The notes under the pieces were generated by a model. It worked only from the letters and a program-made list of their open reading frames with translations. It was not told the origin of the DNA and made no database searches. Of a stretch of 64,000 bases of DNA, positions 41,716 to 53,462 are shown one piece after another. A program made the translations under genes and the position numbers. The DNA lies in the NCBI GenBank assembly GCA_963710605.1, contig CAVQBA010000006.1, positions 832,001 to 896,000 of the forward strand. Direction: 5' to 3'. Numbering within the stretch: the first letter of the stretch is position 1; each line of letters opens with the position of its first letter. The DNA comes from an uncultured cyanobacterium (GTDB lineage Bacteria; Cyanobacteriota; Cyanobacteriia; Cyanobacteriales; Cyanobacteriaceae).

Positions 41716-43527
41716 ATGGATATATTTAGTCATTTCTCTCCTATCTTGCTAACTCTAGGAGTCTTAGTTTTAGCATTAGTTGCCTTCATTAACGAATGGT
41801 TACCTGTTGATATAACCTCTTTATCGATCGCTATTATACTGATGGTATTAGGGTTAGTCTCACCAGAAGAAGGAATAGCAGGTTTCGGTAATAGTGCCAC
41901 TATCACAGTGATGGCAATGTTTATACTAAGTGCCGGATTGACTAAAACAGGTATTTTGAACTTAGTGAGAGATTTTTTGATTCTACGGGGGGGCAAACAT
42001 CCTACTAGACAAATTTTTACTTTAGGGATGATAGTAGGTCCAATTAGTGCCTTAATCAATAATACCGCCGTTGTCGCTATTTTTTTACCGATCGTTGAAC
42101 AATGGAGTAAACAAACCAAAATATCAGTTTCCAAACTCCTAATACCTCTTTCTTTTTCAACAATATTAGGCGGGATGATTACTTTACTTGGTACATCTAC
42201 TAATATTTTAGCTAGTGGTATGGCTAAACAATTAGGTTATCCTGAATTTACCATTTTCCAATTCACTAAATTAGGTTTACCCATTTTTTTTATTGGTTTA
42301 ATTTATCTTGCTTTTGCCGCCCCCTATCTTTTACCTGCACGTAAACCCGCAGGAGGAGAATCACTAAGTGAAGATTACGAATTAAAAGAATATGTCAGTG
42401 AAATGATTATTGTGCCTAACTCAAGTTTAATTGGGCAAACTTTAAGAAGTAGTCAAATTCAACGTAAATTTGACCTTGATGTTTTAGAAATCATTAGAAA
42501 TGATGAACATTTCCCACCACCATTAGCTAATAAAGTTTTAAATGTAAAAGATATTTTACTCGTTAGAAGTAGCGGTACTAATTTATTAAATATTAGAGAC
42601 GAAAAAGGAGTAGAAATACTCGCTGATTTTAAATTTAATTCTCGTAAATTAGAAAATGATTATAACGAGCAAGAAGAAAAAGTAGCTGAAGTTTTGATTT
42701 TGTCTAATTCTCGTTTGATTGGTTCAACTTTAAAAGATTTACGTTTTCGACAACGTTATAACGCCACCGTGTTAGCGATAAGAAGAGGGCAAGAGTTAAT
42801 CCGAGAAAGATTTGGTAAAATACCGCTCAAGTTCGGTGATTTATTGTTAGTACAAGCACCTAAAGAAAGTTTTATTGGTTTACAAACTACCAGAGAATTA
42901 TTAGTTTTAGAGGAGAAAAATATTGAGAGTTTAAGAACAGATAAAGCTACTACTGCTTTAACTATTATTGTAGGAGTTATCTTAGTTTCTGCCTTGGGTA
43001 TTTTACCTATTTTAGTCACAAGTTTAATGGGCGTTGTTTTGATGGTAATTACAGGATGTCTTAAACCCGGCGAAATTTATGGTTCTGTTAGATGGGATAT
43101 AATTTTTTTATTAGCTGGATTAATCCCTTTAGGTACGGCGATGAATAATTCTGGTACTAATCAATGGTTAGCAGATAAATTATTATCAGTTGCGGGAAAT
43201 TTATCGGGATATTGGATTTTATTCTTATTTTATTTGGCTACCACAATTTTGACAGAAGTTTTATCTAATAATGCGTCAGTAGTTTTAATGATTCCGATCG
43301 CTGTTAAGGTAGCTGAAACGATCGGGCTTGAACCTTTATCATTCATGTATGTTGTTACTTTTGCCGCTTCTAATAGTTATCTCGCCCCAATTGGTTATCA
43401 AACTAATACGATGATTTATGCCCCCGGCGGTTATCGGTTTTTCGATTATACTCGTGTGGGTTTACCTCTTAGTCTGATGTTGATGATATTTACTCCTCTA
43501 CTAATAATCAAAATATATGGTTTGTAA
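41716..43527 (+). CDS. SLC13/DASS-family permease with TrkA-C domains
   Basis: SALINNTAVV, GGMITLLGTSTNIL, two TrkA-C repeats, TEVLSNNA, PIGYQTNTMIY.PGGYRF. Confidence 0.9.
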   Translation: MDIFSHFSPILLTLGVLVLALVAFINEWLPVDITSLSIAIILMVLGLVSPEEGIAGFGNSATITVMAMFILSAGLTKTGILNLVRDFLILRGGKHPTRQIFTLGMIVGPISALINNTAVVAIFLPIVEQWSKQTKISVSKLLIPLSFSTILGGMITLLGTSTNILASGMAKQLGYPEFTIFQFTKLGLPIFFIGLIYLAFAAPYLLPARKPAGGESLSEDYELKEYVSEMIIVPNSSLIGQTLRSSQIQRKFDLDVLEIIRNDEHFPPPLANKVLNVKDILLVRSSGTNLLNIRDEKGVEILADFKFNSRKLENDYNEQEEKVAEVLILSNSRLIGSTLKDLRFRQRYNATVLAIRRGQELIRERFGKIPLKFGDLLLVQAPKESFIGLQTTRELLVLEEKNIESLRTDKATTALTIIVGVILVSALGILPILVTSLMGVVLMVITGCLKPGEIYGSVRWDIIFLLAGLIPLGTAMNNSGTNQWLADKLLSVAGNLSGYWILFLFYLATTILTEVLSNNASVVLMIPIAVKVAETIGLEPLSFMYVVTFAASNSYLAPIGYQTNTMIYAPGGYRFFDYTRVGLPLSLMLMIFTPLLIIKIYGL

Positions 43528-43917
43528 AAAGTTAAAAGTTAAAAGTTAAAAGTTAAAAGTTAAAATTTATTACTTCTTACTTATTAGTTGTTACTTCTCT
43601 ATTTTCTATTTCCTAACCTAAATACACCTAATTCATCAATAGACATCTGGGAGAAAAGATTTTTTATTTACTCTATCGTCAACGGGCTTGAACCCTGATT
43701 TTGACAATTATTGGAGATTTATAACCAATATTCACTCTTAAGGTAGTTTTACTTTAATAACATTTTGATTATCATATGAGCTAACTGTATATTAAACATT
43801 AAGTTTTAAATATCAATTAGGATTTTCTCTATGCTTGTTTTGCTTATTAATTAATTTTTATACTCAAAACTTAAGAGAAATAGACAATTAATTTTTTAGT
43901 AACAAAAATATTTAGCT

Positions 43918-44832
43918 ATGGAACTAATCATCATATTCGTTATTTTGGTAATTTGGAGTTTTATCGAACCTCGTATCATGCTTAATATCTTTCACGAAAG
44001 AGCGGAAATTTATAATTTACCTGAATCGTGGCGAGGAAGACGAGTTGCTTTTATTACCGATTTACAGATTGGGTTATGGTTTGACAATCGTAATATGGTA
44101 CGTCGGTGTGTTAAAAAAATCATCAAAGCTCGTCCTGATGTAGTTTTAATTGGAGGTGACTTTGTTTATCGTACAGATACTAAGGGCAAAGCAAAAATAC
44201 AAGCTGTAGTCAATATACTTAAACCTTTAATAAAAGAAAATATTCCTGTTTATGCGGTATTAGGCAATCATGATTATGATATGTGTTCAAAGTCAGCCAA
44301 ACCAAACATGGAATTAGTTAAGCTTTTGACTGATGGATTAGAGGATTTGGGGATTAAAATATTAAATAATGATTCTGTTGCTTTAACATTACCTAATAGT
44401 GAAGAAGTTTTGTATATCGTCGGTACAGATTCACGCTGGGCAGACAGAGATTCGGCTAAAGATGCGTTAAGTAATGTACCGATTGATAGCCCTCGTATCG
44501 TTCTAATTCACAATCCCGATACTTTTGAACTATTTCCTGCTTATACAGCTCCAGTTGCGATCGCAGGGCATACCCACGGCGGACAAATTAGTGTACCAGG
44601 AAGACCAAAATATTCATGGTTAAGTCTATCTCAAAAAGATAAAATTTTTGCCGATGGTTGGACTGATGAATATGGTGAGGAAGGTAATCGACTTTATATA
44701 AGTCGGGGAATAGGCATGAGTATTGCACCCATACGTTTGTTTTGCCCTCCTGAAATTACTTTGTTTACATTAGATACTCCTACTCCTGAAGATTCTCCTG
44801 TTGAAGCTCTAATGGATCAGAAAAATCACTAA
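43918..44832 (+). CDS. Metallophosphoesterase (YkuE-like)
   Basis: TDLQ, GGDFV, LGNHD, HNPD, GHTHGGQ, SRGIG. Confidence 0.9.
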   Translation: MELIIIFVILVIWSFIEPRIMLNIFHERAEIYNLPESWRGRRVAFITDLQIGLWFDNRNMVRRCVKKIIKARPDVVLIGGDFVYRTDTKGKAKIQAVVNILKPLIKENIPVYAVLGNHDYDMCSKSAKPNMELVKLLTDGLEDLGIKILNNDSVALTLPNSEEVLYIVGTDSRWADRDSAKDALSNVPIDSPRIVLIHNPDTFELFPAYTAPVAIAGHTHGGQISVPGRPKYSWLSLSQKDKIFADGWTDEYGEEGNRLYISRGIGMSIAPIRLFCPPEITLFTLDTPTPEDSPVEALMDQKNH

Positions 44833-45056
44833 TTATATAGTAAAGGACACTCGGACAAAGGATAAAGGTGAAACTCTTATAGAGTATAAGTTTTGTCTGT
44901 AAGTTATGTCTTTACTAGCTCGTTGTGTGCGATCGTCAAATATTCTGAGGAGCGATATTTTGATCTGTTAAGTTTATAAATCGATCGTTAAATTCAATTA
45001 AAATTAAGATTAAAATAAAACAGAAGTAATTATCTCATCAATTAAAATAAAAAATC

Positions 45057-46304
45057 GTGACTGTCACACCAATTAAAACTAATCAGAGCAACTATAGCCA
45101 AGTACCTGACTCTTTCGGACGTTTTGGACAATACGGCGGTAAATACGTTCCAGAAACATTAATGCCCGCCCTCACCGAACTAGAAAATGCTTATAACCAA
45201 TATAAAGAAGATGCTGATTTTAAACAAGAATTAAATTCATTACTCAAAGATTACGTAGGCAGAGAAAATCCGCTTTATTTTGCCGAAAGACTAACCGAAC
45301 ATTATGCCAAACCAGACGGTAGTGGTGCACAAATATATCTTAAAAGAGAAGACTTAAACCATACAGGGGCTCACAAAATTAATAACGCCCTTGGACAAGT
45401 TTTACTCGCCAAACGGATGGGCAAAAAAAGAGTAATTGCCGAGACAGGTGCGGGGCAACATGGAGTAGCTACAGCGACTGTTTGTGCTCGTTTTGGTTTA
45501 GATTGCGTCATTTATATGGGTGTAGAAGATATGGAGAGACAAAAACTTAATGTCTTCCGTATGCGTTTATTAGGGGCAAAAGTTGAGCCTGTTAGTGCGG
45601 GTACGGGTACACTTAAAGATGCAACTTCTGAAGCGATTCGTGATTGGGTAACAAATGTCGAACATACTCATTATATCTTAGGTTCGGTCGCTGGTCCTCA
45701 TCCTTATCCGATGATGGTGAGAGATTTTCATGGTGTGATTGGTGTCGAAACTCGTCGTCAATGTCAAGAAAAATGGGGAGGCTTACCCGATATTTTAATG
45801 GCTTGTGTTGGTGGTGGCTCAAATGCGATCGGTTTATTTTATGAGTTTGTGGATGATGCTTCTGTACGTTTAATTGGTGTAGAAGCCGAAGGAAGTGGTA
45901 TTGCTAGTGGTAAACACGCCGCTACTTTAACTCAAGGTAGTCCGGGTGTATTACATGGAGCGATGAGTTATTTATTACAAGACAATCAAGGACAAGTTAC
46001 TGAAGCTCATTCTATCAGTGCAGGTTTAGATTACCCTGGTGTTGGCCCTGAACATAGTTATCTTAAAGATGCCGATCGGGCTGAATACTATAGTGTGACT
46101 GATGCTGAGGCTTTGGAGGCTTTTCAATTATTATGTAAGTTAGAAGGAATTATTCCTGCTTTAGAAACTGCCCATGCTTTTGCTTACTTAGAAAAACTTT
46201 GCCCAACTTTAGAAGGTAGCCCTCGTATTGTGATTAATTCTTCTGGTAGAGGTGACAAAGATGTCCAAACTGTGGCTAAAAATCTAGAAGGAATTGATTT
46301 GTAA
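45057..46304 (+). CDS. trpB: Tryptophan synthase beta chain
   Basis: [53 protein letters not shown]. Confidence 0.98.
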   Translation: MTVTPIKTNQSNYSQVPDSFGRFGQYGGKYVPETLMPALTELENAYNQYKEDADFKQELNSLLKDYVGRENPLYFAERLTEHYAKPDGSGAQIYLKREDLNHTGAHKINNALGQVLLAKRMGKKRVIAETGAGQHGVATATVCARFGLDCVIYMGVEDMERQKLNVFRMRLLGAKVEPVSAGTGTLKDATSEAIRDWVTNVEHTHYILGSVAGPHPYPMMVRDFHGVIGVETRRQCQEKWGGLPDILMACVGGGSNAIGLFYEFVDDASVRLIGVEAEGSGIASGKHAATLTQGSPGVLHGAMSYLLQDNQGQVTEAHSISAGLDYPGVGPEHSYLKDADRAEYYSVTDAEALEAFQLLCKLEGIIPALETAHAFAYLEKLCPTLEGSPRIVINSSGRGDKDVQTVAKNLEGIDL

Positions 46305-46308
46305 TAGC

Positions 46309-46466
46309 TATACCTTGAACTGAAGTTCAAGGCTCAATAAAATCGTTTAATGAATTAAACTTTATTTTGAGTTCATTGGGTGCAAACCGTCTTGGTGGAA
46401 GTTCATTCGGCTATAGTTCATTTTAATGAACGCAATCTCTTAGCCTTGTCAATTTATTGCAAGGCT
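46309..46466. repeat. REP-like short palindromes
   Basis: CCTTGAACTGAAGTTCAAGG and TAGCCTTGTCAATTTATTGCAAGGC; the latter recurs identically at ~50349-50373. Confidence 0.6.
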
Positions 46467-46594
46467 TGTTGCTTTGAGTTGGTTCGTTATCCTTTAATTG
46501 AAATTCAAGGCTAGTTGTTTTTGATTCGATCGTTATCTTTGAATAGTTGAATTACGCTATTATTTAGTTGATTGATAGTTTGGAGGTTTGAATT

Positions 46595-47137
46595 ATGGTT
46601 TGGCAAATCACTACGAAAGAACTTTTGGCTCGGTATTCTGCTGGAGAAAGAAATTTTGCAGGGGTTGATCTTAATCCTAGTTGTAGCATGGGTCGTGTGG
46701 TCAAATTGAGTCAATGGGATTGGACTAGTAAGAATATCTTGAATTTGCAAGAAATTAATCTGCGAGGAGCCAATTTGTTTTGTGTTGAACTTAGTCGGTG
46801 TAACTTGAATAGTGCCGATCTCTTTGGTGCTTGTCTTATGTATGCAGGATTGGCTTTTTCCGATCTGAGTAATGTTAATTTGCAAGGGGCTAATTTGTGT
46901 GGTTCTGTTATGACTGGTGCGGATTTGACTGGAGCTGATTTGAGGTATGTTGATCTCAGTGGAGCGGTTCTGATCGATACCGATCTCACTAATACTGTGA
47001 TGGATGGAGCTATGTTTATCGACACTAACCTTACTGGTTCTAAAGGAGGAGCCCCCTATGATGATGGTTGTCTCATATGGCGAACTATTCTTAGTGGTGG
47101 AGACATCGATGAAGGACCTTACTTCAACAACAGGTAA
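46595..47137 (+). CDS. Pentapeptide repeat protein
   Basis: ELLARYSAGERNFAGVDL N-terminus and A(D/N)Lxx repeats. Confidence 0.9.
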   Translation: MVWQITTKELLARYSAGERNFAGVDLNPSCSMGRVVKLSQWDWTSKNILNLQEINLRGANLFCVELSRCNLNSADLFGACLMYAGLAFSDLSNVNLQGANLCGSVMTGADLTGADLRYVDLSGAVLIDTDLTNTVMDGAMFIDTNLTGSKGGAPYDDGCLIWRTILSGGDIDEGPYFNNR

Positions 47138-47201
47138 GCTAGAAAACTTTGAGTCATTTAGCAAAAAAGATATTACAAAGCCAGTTACAGTAAATACTAG
47201 T

Positions 47202-48935
47202 CTATTTACTAATCATTTTTTTTCTAGCTTCGGCAGTTTCGAGTAAAGAATCGGCAAAAGCGATCGCATCATCAGCACTATGTCCACCCGTCAATTCAGC
47301 TAATTCATCTCGACGACGATCGATATTTTCTAATGAGCGTACATCCACAATCGTCCGTAAATTTTGACCATCAGTTGATTTAACTAATCGTTTTTCGACA
47401 CGGAAATGATTATCCGCCATTGCCGCCACTAAAGGTTGGTGAGTGACACATAAAACTTGATAATTTTTACTTAACTGATGTAACTTATCAGCGATCGCTT
47501 GAGCGACTTTACCCGATACACCTGCATCAATTTCATCAAAGATTAAAGTCTTACAATTATCTTGCAGAGGTGAAAAACAAGACTTGAGTGCTAACAGAAA
47601 ACGACTCATCTCCCCACCACTGGCTGTCATCGCTAAAGGTTGTAAATCTTCCCCCGGATTAGAGCTAAAATAATATTCAACTCGATCGGCACCGACTAAA
47701 TGAGGTTTGACTGGTATTACACGACATTGAAATTGTACCTTCGCCATCCCTAATGGTTTGAGTTGCTCTGTTAATTGAGATTGTAGTTTTTCGGCGGCTT
47801 TTTGTCGTTGTTGAGTTAGTTTGTCGCAAAGAACTAGCAACTTGTTATGATAAGTTAAAAAGCGTTTTTCTAATTCATCGATCGATTGCCCTTCATCAGT
47901 TAGCTCCACTAATTCCTCTTGCAAGTCATGATGATATTTGATTACATCCGCCAAATTATCGCCATATTTACGGCAAATACGCTTTAAGAGTCTGATTCGC
48001 TCTTCTATCTCTTCTAGACGGTCAGGATCGGCTTCTAACCCCGAACCATAACTATAAATTTGTTGCCCTGCTTCCACAATTTGATTTAAAGAATCTTTAA
48101 TCATATCAAGAATAGGAGCTAATTCTTTATCGTAACTAACCATATCAGTTAGTAAACCCTCACTTTGCCCAATAATATCGGCGGCGGCAGTATTATCTTC
48201 TTCGTTTTGATATAGTAGCTGATAAACTTGATAACTAAGTTGTTGCAAATCGACGACATGAGTAAGACGATCGCTTTCTATTTCTAATTTAGGTAACTCA
48301 TCCGCATCTTGTAAATGGACTGTATTTAATTCCTGAATTTGATGTTTAATCAAATCTAACCTTTGTAATCTTTGTTGCTCGGATTGCCGACGAGATTCGA
48401 GAATTTGCTCGGCTTTTTGGGTTTGTGTAAAAGAATTGGCGACTAATTCTCTTTGACTAATTAACTTATCACCACCATAGGTATCTAATAATTCTCTTTG
48501 GATATTACCTGAAAGTAATTGCCCCGTTTCTCCTTGAGCGGTAATTTCCAGTAATTTTTCTCGTAACATAGTGATAATCGGTTTATTAACTAAAACACCA
48601 TTAACTCGACAACGAGAACGAAAATTATTATCTTTACCAACAGTTAGTACTCGACTACAAATGAGTGTACCATCTTGTAGAGATTCGATTTCTTGATTTT
48701 CTAACCATGTTTCTAAATCTTGATTAATTTGAAAACTAGCTTCAACGATCGCTTTTTTTTCGCCACTACGAAGCATTCTTTGGTTTGCCTTTCCGCCTAA
48801 GACGACATCGATCGCATCTAGGATAATTGATTTACCAGCACCTGTCTCTCCTGTCATGACATTCAAGCCGTTACCAATATCTAATTCTAAATGTTCTACC
48901 AAAGCAAAATTATCGATTCTAATAGAAATTAACAT
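47202..48935 (-). CDS. recN: DNA repair protein RecN
   Basis: TGETGAGKSI, ASGGEMSRFLLALK, LIFDEID.GVSG, QVLCVTHQP. Confidence 0.97.
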   Translation of the reverse strand: MLISIRIDNFALVEHLELDIGNGLNVMTGETGAGKSIILDAIDVVLGGKANQRMLRSGEKKAIVEASFQINQDLETWLENQEIESLQDGTLICSRVLTVGKDNNFRSRCRVNGVLVNKPIITMLREKLLEITAQGETGQLLSGNIQRELLDTYGGDKLISQRELVANSFTQTQKAEQILESRRQSEQQRLQRLDLIKHQIQELNTVHLQDADELPKLEIESDRLTHVVDLQQLSYQVYQLLYQNEEDNTAAADIIGQSEGLLTDMVSYDKELAPILDMIKDSLNQIVEAGQQIYSYGSGLEADPDRLEEIEERIRLLKRICRKYGDNLADVIKYHHDLQEELVELTDEGQSIDELEKRFLTYHNKLLVLCDKLTQQRQKAAEKLQSQLTEQLKPLGMAKVQFQCRVIPVKPHLVGADRVEYYFSSNPGEDLQPLAMTASGGEMSRFLLALKSCFSPLQDNCKTLIFDEIDAGVSGKVAQAIADKLHQLSKNYQVLCVTHQPLVAAMADNHFRVEKRLVKSTDGQNLRTIVDVRSLENIDRRRDELAELTGGHSADDAIAFADSLLETAEARKKMISK

Positions 48936-49204
48936 GAACTAATGAACTATCCAAGGGTTACGTCTAGTCTAACTTAAAAATAATGATGAAGGATGAAAGA
49001 AAAAGAATTCGGAAAAAAAGAAGATAAAAGAAAGGATAAAAGAGCAAAAATGGGGCATGAAAATAAAAATTAAAAAGTATCCATTGTCAATTCTTAATTC
49101 TCAAGTAAGTCTCTTTTTTCCTACTTTTGAGATTGACTATAGATAAAAAGTCGGTATAATAAGCATTGTAGGTAGCTTTTCTTTTCAAACCTACGATGTG
49201 CTAA

Positions 49205-49840
49205 ATGCAAATTATCCTTAGTGCAGTTCAAACTTCTTTGGCTAAAGCATGGATTACTTTCTGTGGCGATTTAGATTGCGTCAACGTTTATCAAGGCTCT
49301 ATTCTTGATGTCGAATGTGATGCGATCGTTAGTCCAGCAAACAGTTTTGGCTTTATGGATGGAGGTATCGATGGAGTATATATGGATTACTTTGGCAATG
49401 AAATCCAACTTAAAGTTCGACGACAAATATTCGACCACCATCATGGAGAACTTTTAGTCGGAGACGCTACTATTGTAGAAACCGATGATGATAAAATTCC
49501 TTTCTTGATTGCCTCACCTACAATGAGAGTACCGATGATTTTAAATGAATCTGTAAATCCTTATTTAGCCGCAAGAGCAGTTTTTTTGCTGGTTAAGCAT
49601 GGTAAATTCAAGACTGGTAAATATAAAGGAGAATGTATTGCCGATCGTGTCAAAGTAGTTGCTTTTCCAGGTTTAGGTACAGGAGTAGGTAGAGTAGGTT
49701 TCAATACCTGTGCGCGTCAAGTACGTGAAGCAATTAACGATGTTGTTTTGGAACAATATACAATGCCAAAGTCATGGGCAGAAGCTAGTGAGCGACATCA
49801 ACTGTTGTACACCGATCGTCCTCGACGCTTGCAATATTAA
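49205..49840 (+). CDS. Macro domain (ADP-ribose processing) protein
   Basis: DAIVSPANSFGFMDGGID, SPTMRVP, FPGLGTGVG. Confidence 0.9.
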   Translation: MQIILSAVQTSLAKAWITFCGDLDCVNVYQGSILDVECDAIVSPANSFGFMDGGIDGVYMDYFGNEIQLKVRRQIFDHHHGELLVGDATIVETDDDKIPFLIASPTMRVPMILNESVNPYLAARAVFLLVKHGKFKTGKYKGECIADRVKVVAFPGLGTGVGRVGFNTCARQVREAINDVVLEQYTMPKSWAEASERHQLLYTDRPRRLQY

Positions 49841-49914
49841 GTTCTAGCAATTATTTATAAGTAATACCAGTGTTTATGCACGAATCACCTCAACACAATT
49901 AAATAAATACAAGT

Positions 49915-50207
49915 TATAGCAATTATCTCCATAATGAAGTATAAAGATAGCCCCCTCTATCCCCGCCCCCTCTATCCCCGACCCCTCTGCCTATCGGCAT
50001 CTCCCCTTTCAAGGGGAGACTGGGGGAGGTTTAAGGATGCTTCGCTTTTTGTCTTGGTGAGCGTTCCCGTCTTGGTGAGCGTTCCCTTGCGACTTGCCGT
50101 CGTCGCGGGGTCTCACCGCTTGCGTCTTGCGCCGACGCGGGTTCTCACCGCTTGTGTGGGGGACTTGAAAATAATGAATGTACCTTATAACGATGGTAAA
50201 CACTATA
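49915..50207 (+). mobile_element. Miniature inverted-repeat element, copy 2, with nested GC-rich inserts
   Basis: Ends TATAGCAATTATC...TGTACCTT...CACTATA; internal tandem CCCCCTCTATCCCCG x2 and GTCTTGGTGAGCGTTCCC x2. Confidence 0.65.
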
Positions 50208-50465
50208 TAAATATTCAAAGGAACTTAATGTAACTAACTCAGAAGAAAAGCAGAAACTAATTACGATCGATAAATATAGTTAATTAAAATAAGAATGAGA
50301 CAATTTGAAATTTCTTTCTTTGAGTTTAATTTATTAAACGGTATTTGTTAGCCTTGTCAATTTATTGCAAGGCGAATTTGAGATTAATTTATACTATTAT
50401 TTATACTGTATAAAATTTAATTTAAACAAATATAAAAGAATAATTATTTCGATTAAAAAAAGAAG

Positions 50466-51548
50466 ATGATAAATATTGCCAAACATAATAAATTACTTAA
50501 AGGATATAAATTTATTGACTTATTTGCTGGTATTGGTGGTTTTCATTATGCTTTAAAATCATTCGGGGCAGAATGTGTTTTTGCTTCGGAAATTGACCAG
50601 AAAACAGCCGAAATTTATTATCTAAATCATAAATTAAAACCAGAAGGAGATATTACTAAAATCAACGAGCAAAGCATCCCCAAGCACGACATTTTGTGTG
50701 GTGGATTTCCTTGTCAGGCTTTTTCTATCTCTGGCAAACAAAAGGGATTTGAGGATACTAGAGGGACTTTATTTTTTGATATTGCTCGTATTGTCGATTA
50801 TCATAAGCCAAAAATTGTTTTTCTAGAAAATGTTAAAAACTTTGTTAAACACGATCGAGGTAAAACTTTAAATACCGTTCTTAAAACTCTTGAAAATCTT
50901 AATTATAAAGTATTCTATAAGGTTTTAAATACGAGTAATTTTGGTTTACCACAAAATAGAGAAAGAGTTTATTTAGTTGGATTTAATAACGATCGTTTTC
51001 ATCAAATCAATTTTTCTTTTCCTGCTCTAAACCTCGTTTCATCCTTAGAAAATTATTTAGAAGTTAATCCTCAAAATGGTAAAGTTATCGATCGTGATGA
51101 CATTCATATTTATAAAGAATTCACGCCAACTACAAACATATTTGGTGAAATAGATTTACCCAACAAACCCATCCAAATTGGAAAAGTAAACAAAGGAGGG
51201 CAAGGAGAAAGAATCTATCACCCCAAAGGACACGCTATTACTTTATCAGCTTATGGTGGTGGTGTTGGTTCAAAAACTGGATTGTATAAAATTGATAATA
51301 AAATCAGAAAATTATCTCCTAGAGAGTGTGCGAGGATTCAAGGATTTCCTGAAGATTTCATTTTTCCTAAAAGTGTCACTCAAGCGCATAGACAATTTGG
51401 TAACAGTGTTTCGATTGATACCTTACAATTTATTATTGACGAAATATTAAAGACAATTCAAGACAATGACAAACGATCGACAAAAAGGCTCTCAAACAGC
51501 ATTGAATGGATTCAAAAACGAGAAAGATATAGTTCAAAAATTCAATAA
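50466..51548 (+). CDS. DNA (cytosine-5) methyltransferase, M.HhaI-like (predicted GCGC)
   Basis: FIDLFAGIGG, GFPCQAFSISGKQKGFED.RGTLF, ENV, Q.RER; target-recognition region GGQGERIY...AITLSAYGGG as recalled for M.HhaI. Confidence 0.92.
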   Translation: MINIAKHNKLLKGYKFIDLFAGIGGFHYALKSFGAECVFASEIDQKTAEIYYLNHKLKPEGDITKINEQSIPKHDILCGGFPCQAFSISGKQKGFEDTRGTLFFDIARIVDYHKPKIVFLENVKNFVKHDRGKTLNTVLKTLENLNYKVFYKVLNTSNFGLPQNRERVYLVGFNNDRFHQINFSFPALNLVSSLENYLEVNPQNGKVIDRDDIHIYKEFTPTTNIFGEIDLPNKPIQIGKVNKGGQGERIYHPKGHAITLSAYGGGVGSKTGLYKIDNKIRKLSPRECARIQGFPEDFIFPKSVTQAHRQFGNSVSIDTLQFIIDEILKTIQDNDKRSTKRLSNSIEWIQKRERYSSKIQ

Positions 51549-52213
51549 GAGTGCAAAATGATATTGAAGCTCAATATTGGTTGAGTCTAATGGAGTACGA
51601 TATCAAAGAAATAGAATATGTGAAGGCAATTATCTTATCAGGGTATAAAACAGATGTTCAAGTACAAATTTCAGTAAAATTAAAAGAAGCTATTGATGTT
51701 GAGAATATACAAGTCAAACTGGTAAGTAATTTAAAAGGATTTAATCAGATAGATAAGAGGTGGATTGATAAATACATTGAGATGTGGGCAATACCATTGA
51801 ATGTTTCTACTTTATTAAAACAATATACAGGAGAAATTTTGCCTATAATTCAAAATCCAAAAGATGAAAGAAGAACTTTTGCGAATGAATTTAGTCAACA
51901 AGACCAAAAAATATTACTTGATTGGTTGAATAACAATAAATCGCTGATTGTTAGTGATATTTTAAAAGGAAGAGGTAAATTTGCGGCTGAGTGGATGTTA
52001 GTGGCACAAAAAGTCGAAGACTCTGCAAGATGGATTTTGAAACCGATGAATTATTGCTTAAACTTTTTTGGAAATGGAAAAATAGAAATAACAAATAGAG
52101 GCAGTTTTAAAATAGGAAGAATTACGATGCAAAGAAAAGGAGGAGATGGAGGTCGGAAAACGGCTCAAATGCTACAATTCAAAATTAATCCAGCAGAATT
52201 ATTCGATGAATAA
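51466..52213 (+). pseudogene. HinP1I-like type II restriction endonuclease with a +1 frameshift near 51549
   Basis: N-part GSQTALNGFKNEKDIV from ATG 51466, then NIQVKLVSN.KGFNQIDK, KGRG.FAAEW, QRKGGD.GR.TA.MLQFKI.P; span 748 nt = 3n+1. Confidence 0.85.
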
Positions 52214-52312
52214 AACCTACTGTATAACGAAGTTACCAATCATTAATAGATAGTAATAAATCACGATCGATTTTACTATTATTACTATTTAAGATCGTTA
52301 TCCTCCCAAATA

Positions 52313-52945
52313 TCATTGTGATAAAGTCGATCGATATATGTCTTTTTGAAGAGAATGTATCTGTTTGTTATTTATTCGATCGATAATATATTGTTTTGCC
52401 ATATATTTAGCCTCTAAAAACCATTGTTTTTCAGTTTCTTGTACCTCCCAAACTTCGGAGTATTCTTCTGCTAATTCATACGAATGAGCTACATGACACA
52501 TCAAATCGGTTAAACTATCGTAACGAATTGACCAATCTTCGCATTCATGATCTAACATTCTCATAGGATGATAATTGCTATCTTCGCAAACAACAGTTAA
52601 AAAAACGCCATTCTCCGCCCAGTTTTCAAAAATGGGAAAGCTATTCTCAAACCAGTATATTTCTTCCATTTCATTGTAATGTATGTCTCTCAACTATTCG
52701 TCGTAGGCGGCAAGAGCAAATTCAAATGACAAAAAATCATAATTATTAAAAATAAATTTATTTACATATCCGTTGTGCCATTCATAAAGTTCGTACACTT
52801 CATTTGGTATCTCAAAAGGTAATTGTTTGATTTGTTCTTTAATTAAATCTCGGTTAATTCCTGGTGCTAAATTATTAGCCTGTATTGAAATATTTAAGGA
52901 TAAGAATGTGTCTATTTTTTCTAAGGCTTCAGTTAGTTTTGACAT
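52313..52945 (-). pseudogene. SMI1/KNR4 (SUKH) family protein interrupted by an in-frame TAG (52694-52696)
   Basis: LAPGI...LPFEIPNEVYELYEWHNG; the two ORFs abut in the same frame. Confidence 0.8.
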
Positions 52946-53462
52946 TTTAATTTATTTTTAATTTGTATTATGTTAAGTCGCCCCAATTAATTAAAAGTCA
53001 GAAAGATTAAGCTTGTAGTGAGGGCTTAAGCCCTTATCCTAACAGCTTTTTATACCCCTAAAGGGGTAACGACAAACTTTTTTTTAGGTAAAGCTACTTA
53101 GTCGCTAATCGATCGTAATTAATAAGTAAGGGCTTATGAGAGTTGTTACAATTAATTGATAAGGAGAATTCAACCCGTCACCCCCGAGCAATTGATCGAG
53201 GAAATACTTTCGTGACATATGTCTTATTACGTTCAAGTGCGTTTGTTCGAGAAGCTAAGAAAATTGCGATCGTACTTGTAAAAACTAAACAACCAACTGG
53301 ATCAGGATTACTAATTTTTAATGTTCGAGGGCTTTGAAACTGATAGTTTATAAATCTCAGCTTATGATATATAGCTTTTTGATAACTAAAACTTATGCAA
53401 TATTAAATAAACTTATATTTAATCACCCTTGTCATAAGTAAAAAATATCACTATACTAGTAA

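Noticed and set aside
46511-47164. 217 aa minus-strand ORF
   Set aside because: Antisense shadow of the pentapeptide repeat gene.
49934-50233. 99 aa and 69 aa ORFs
   Set aside because: They lie within the MITE-like element and its nested tandem repeats.
26424-52696. Stop-codon reassignment or programmed readthrough
   Set aside because: The in-frame stops are of three different types, and all three are used as normal terminators elsewhere in the window.
53143-53337. 64 aa ORF
   Set aside because: TTG start, no motif, and it lies among short palindromic repeats.
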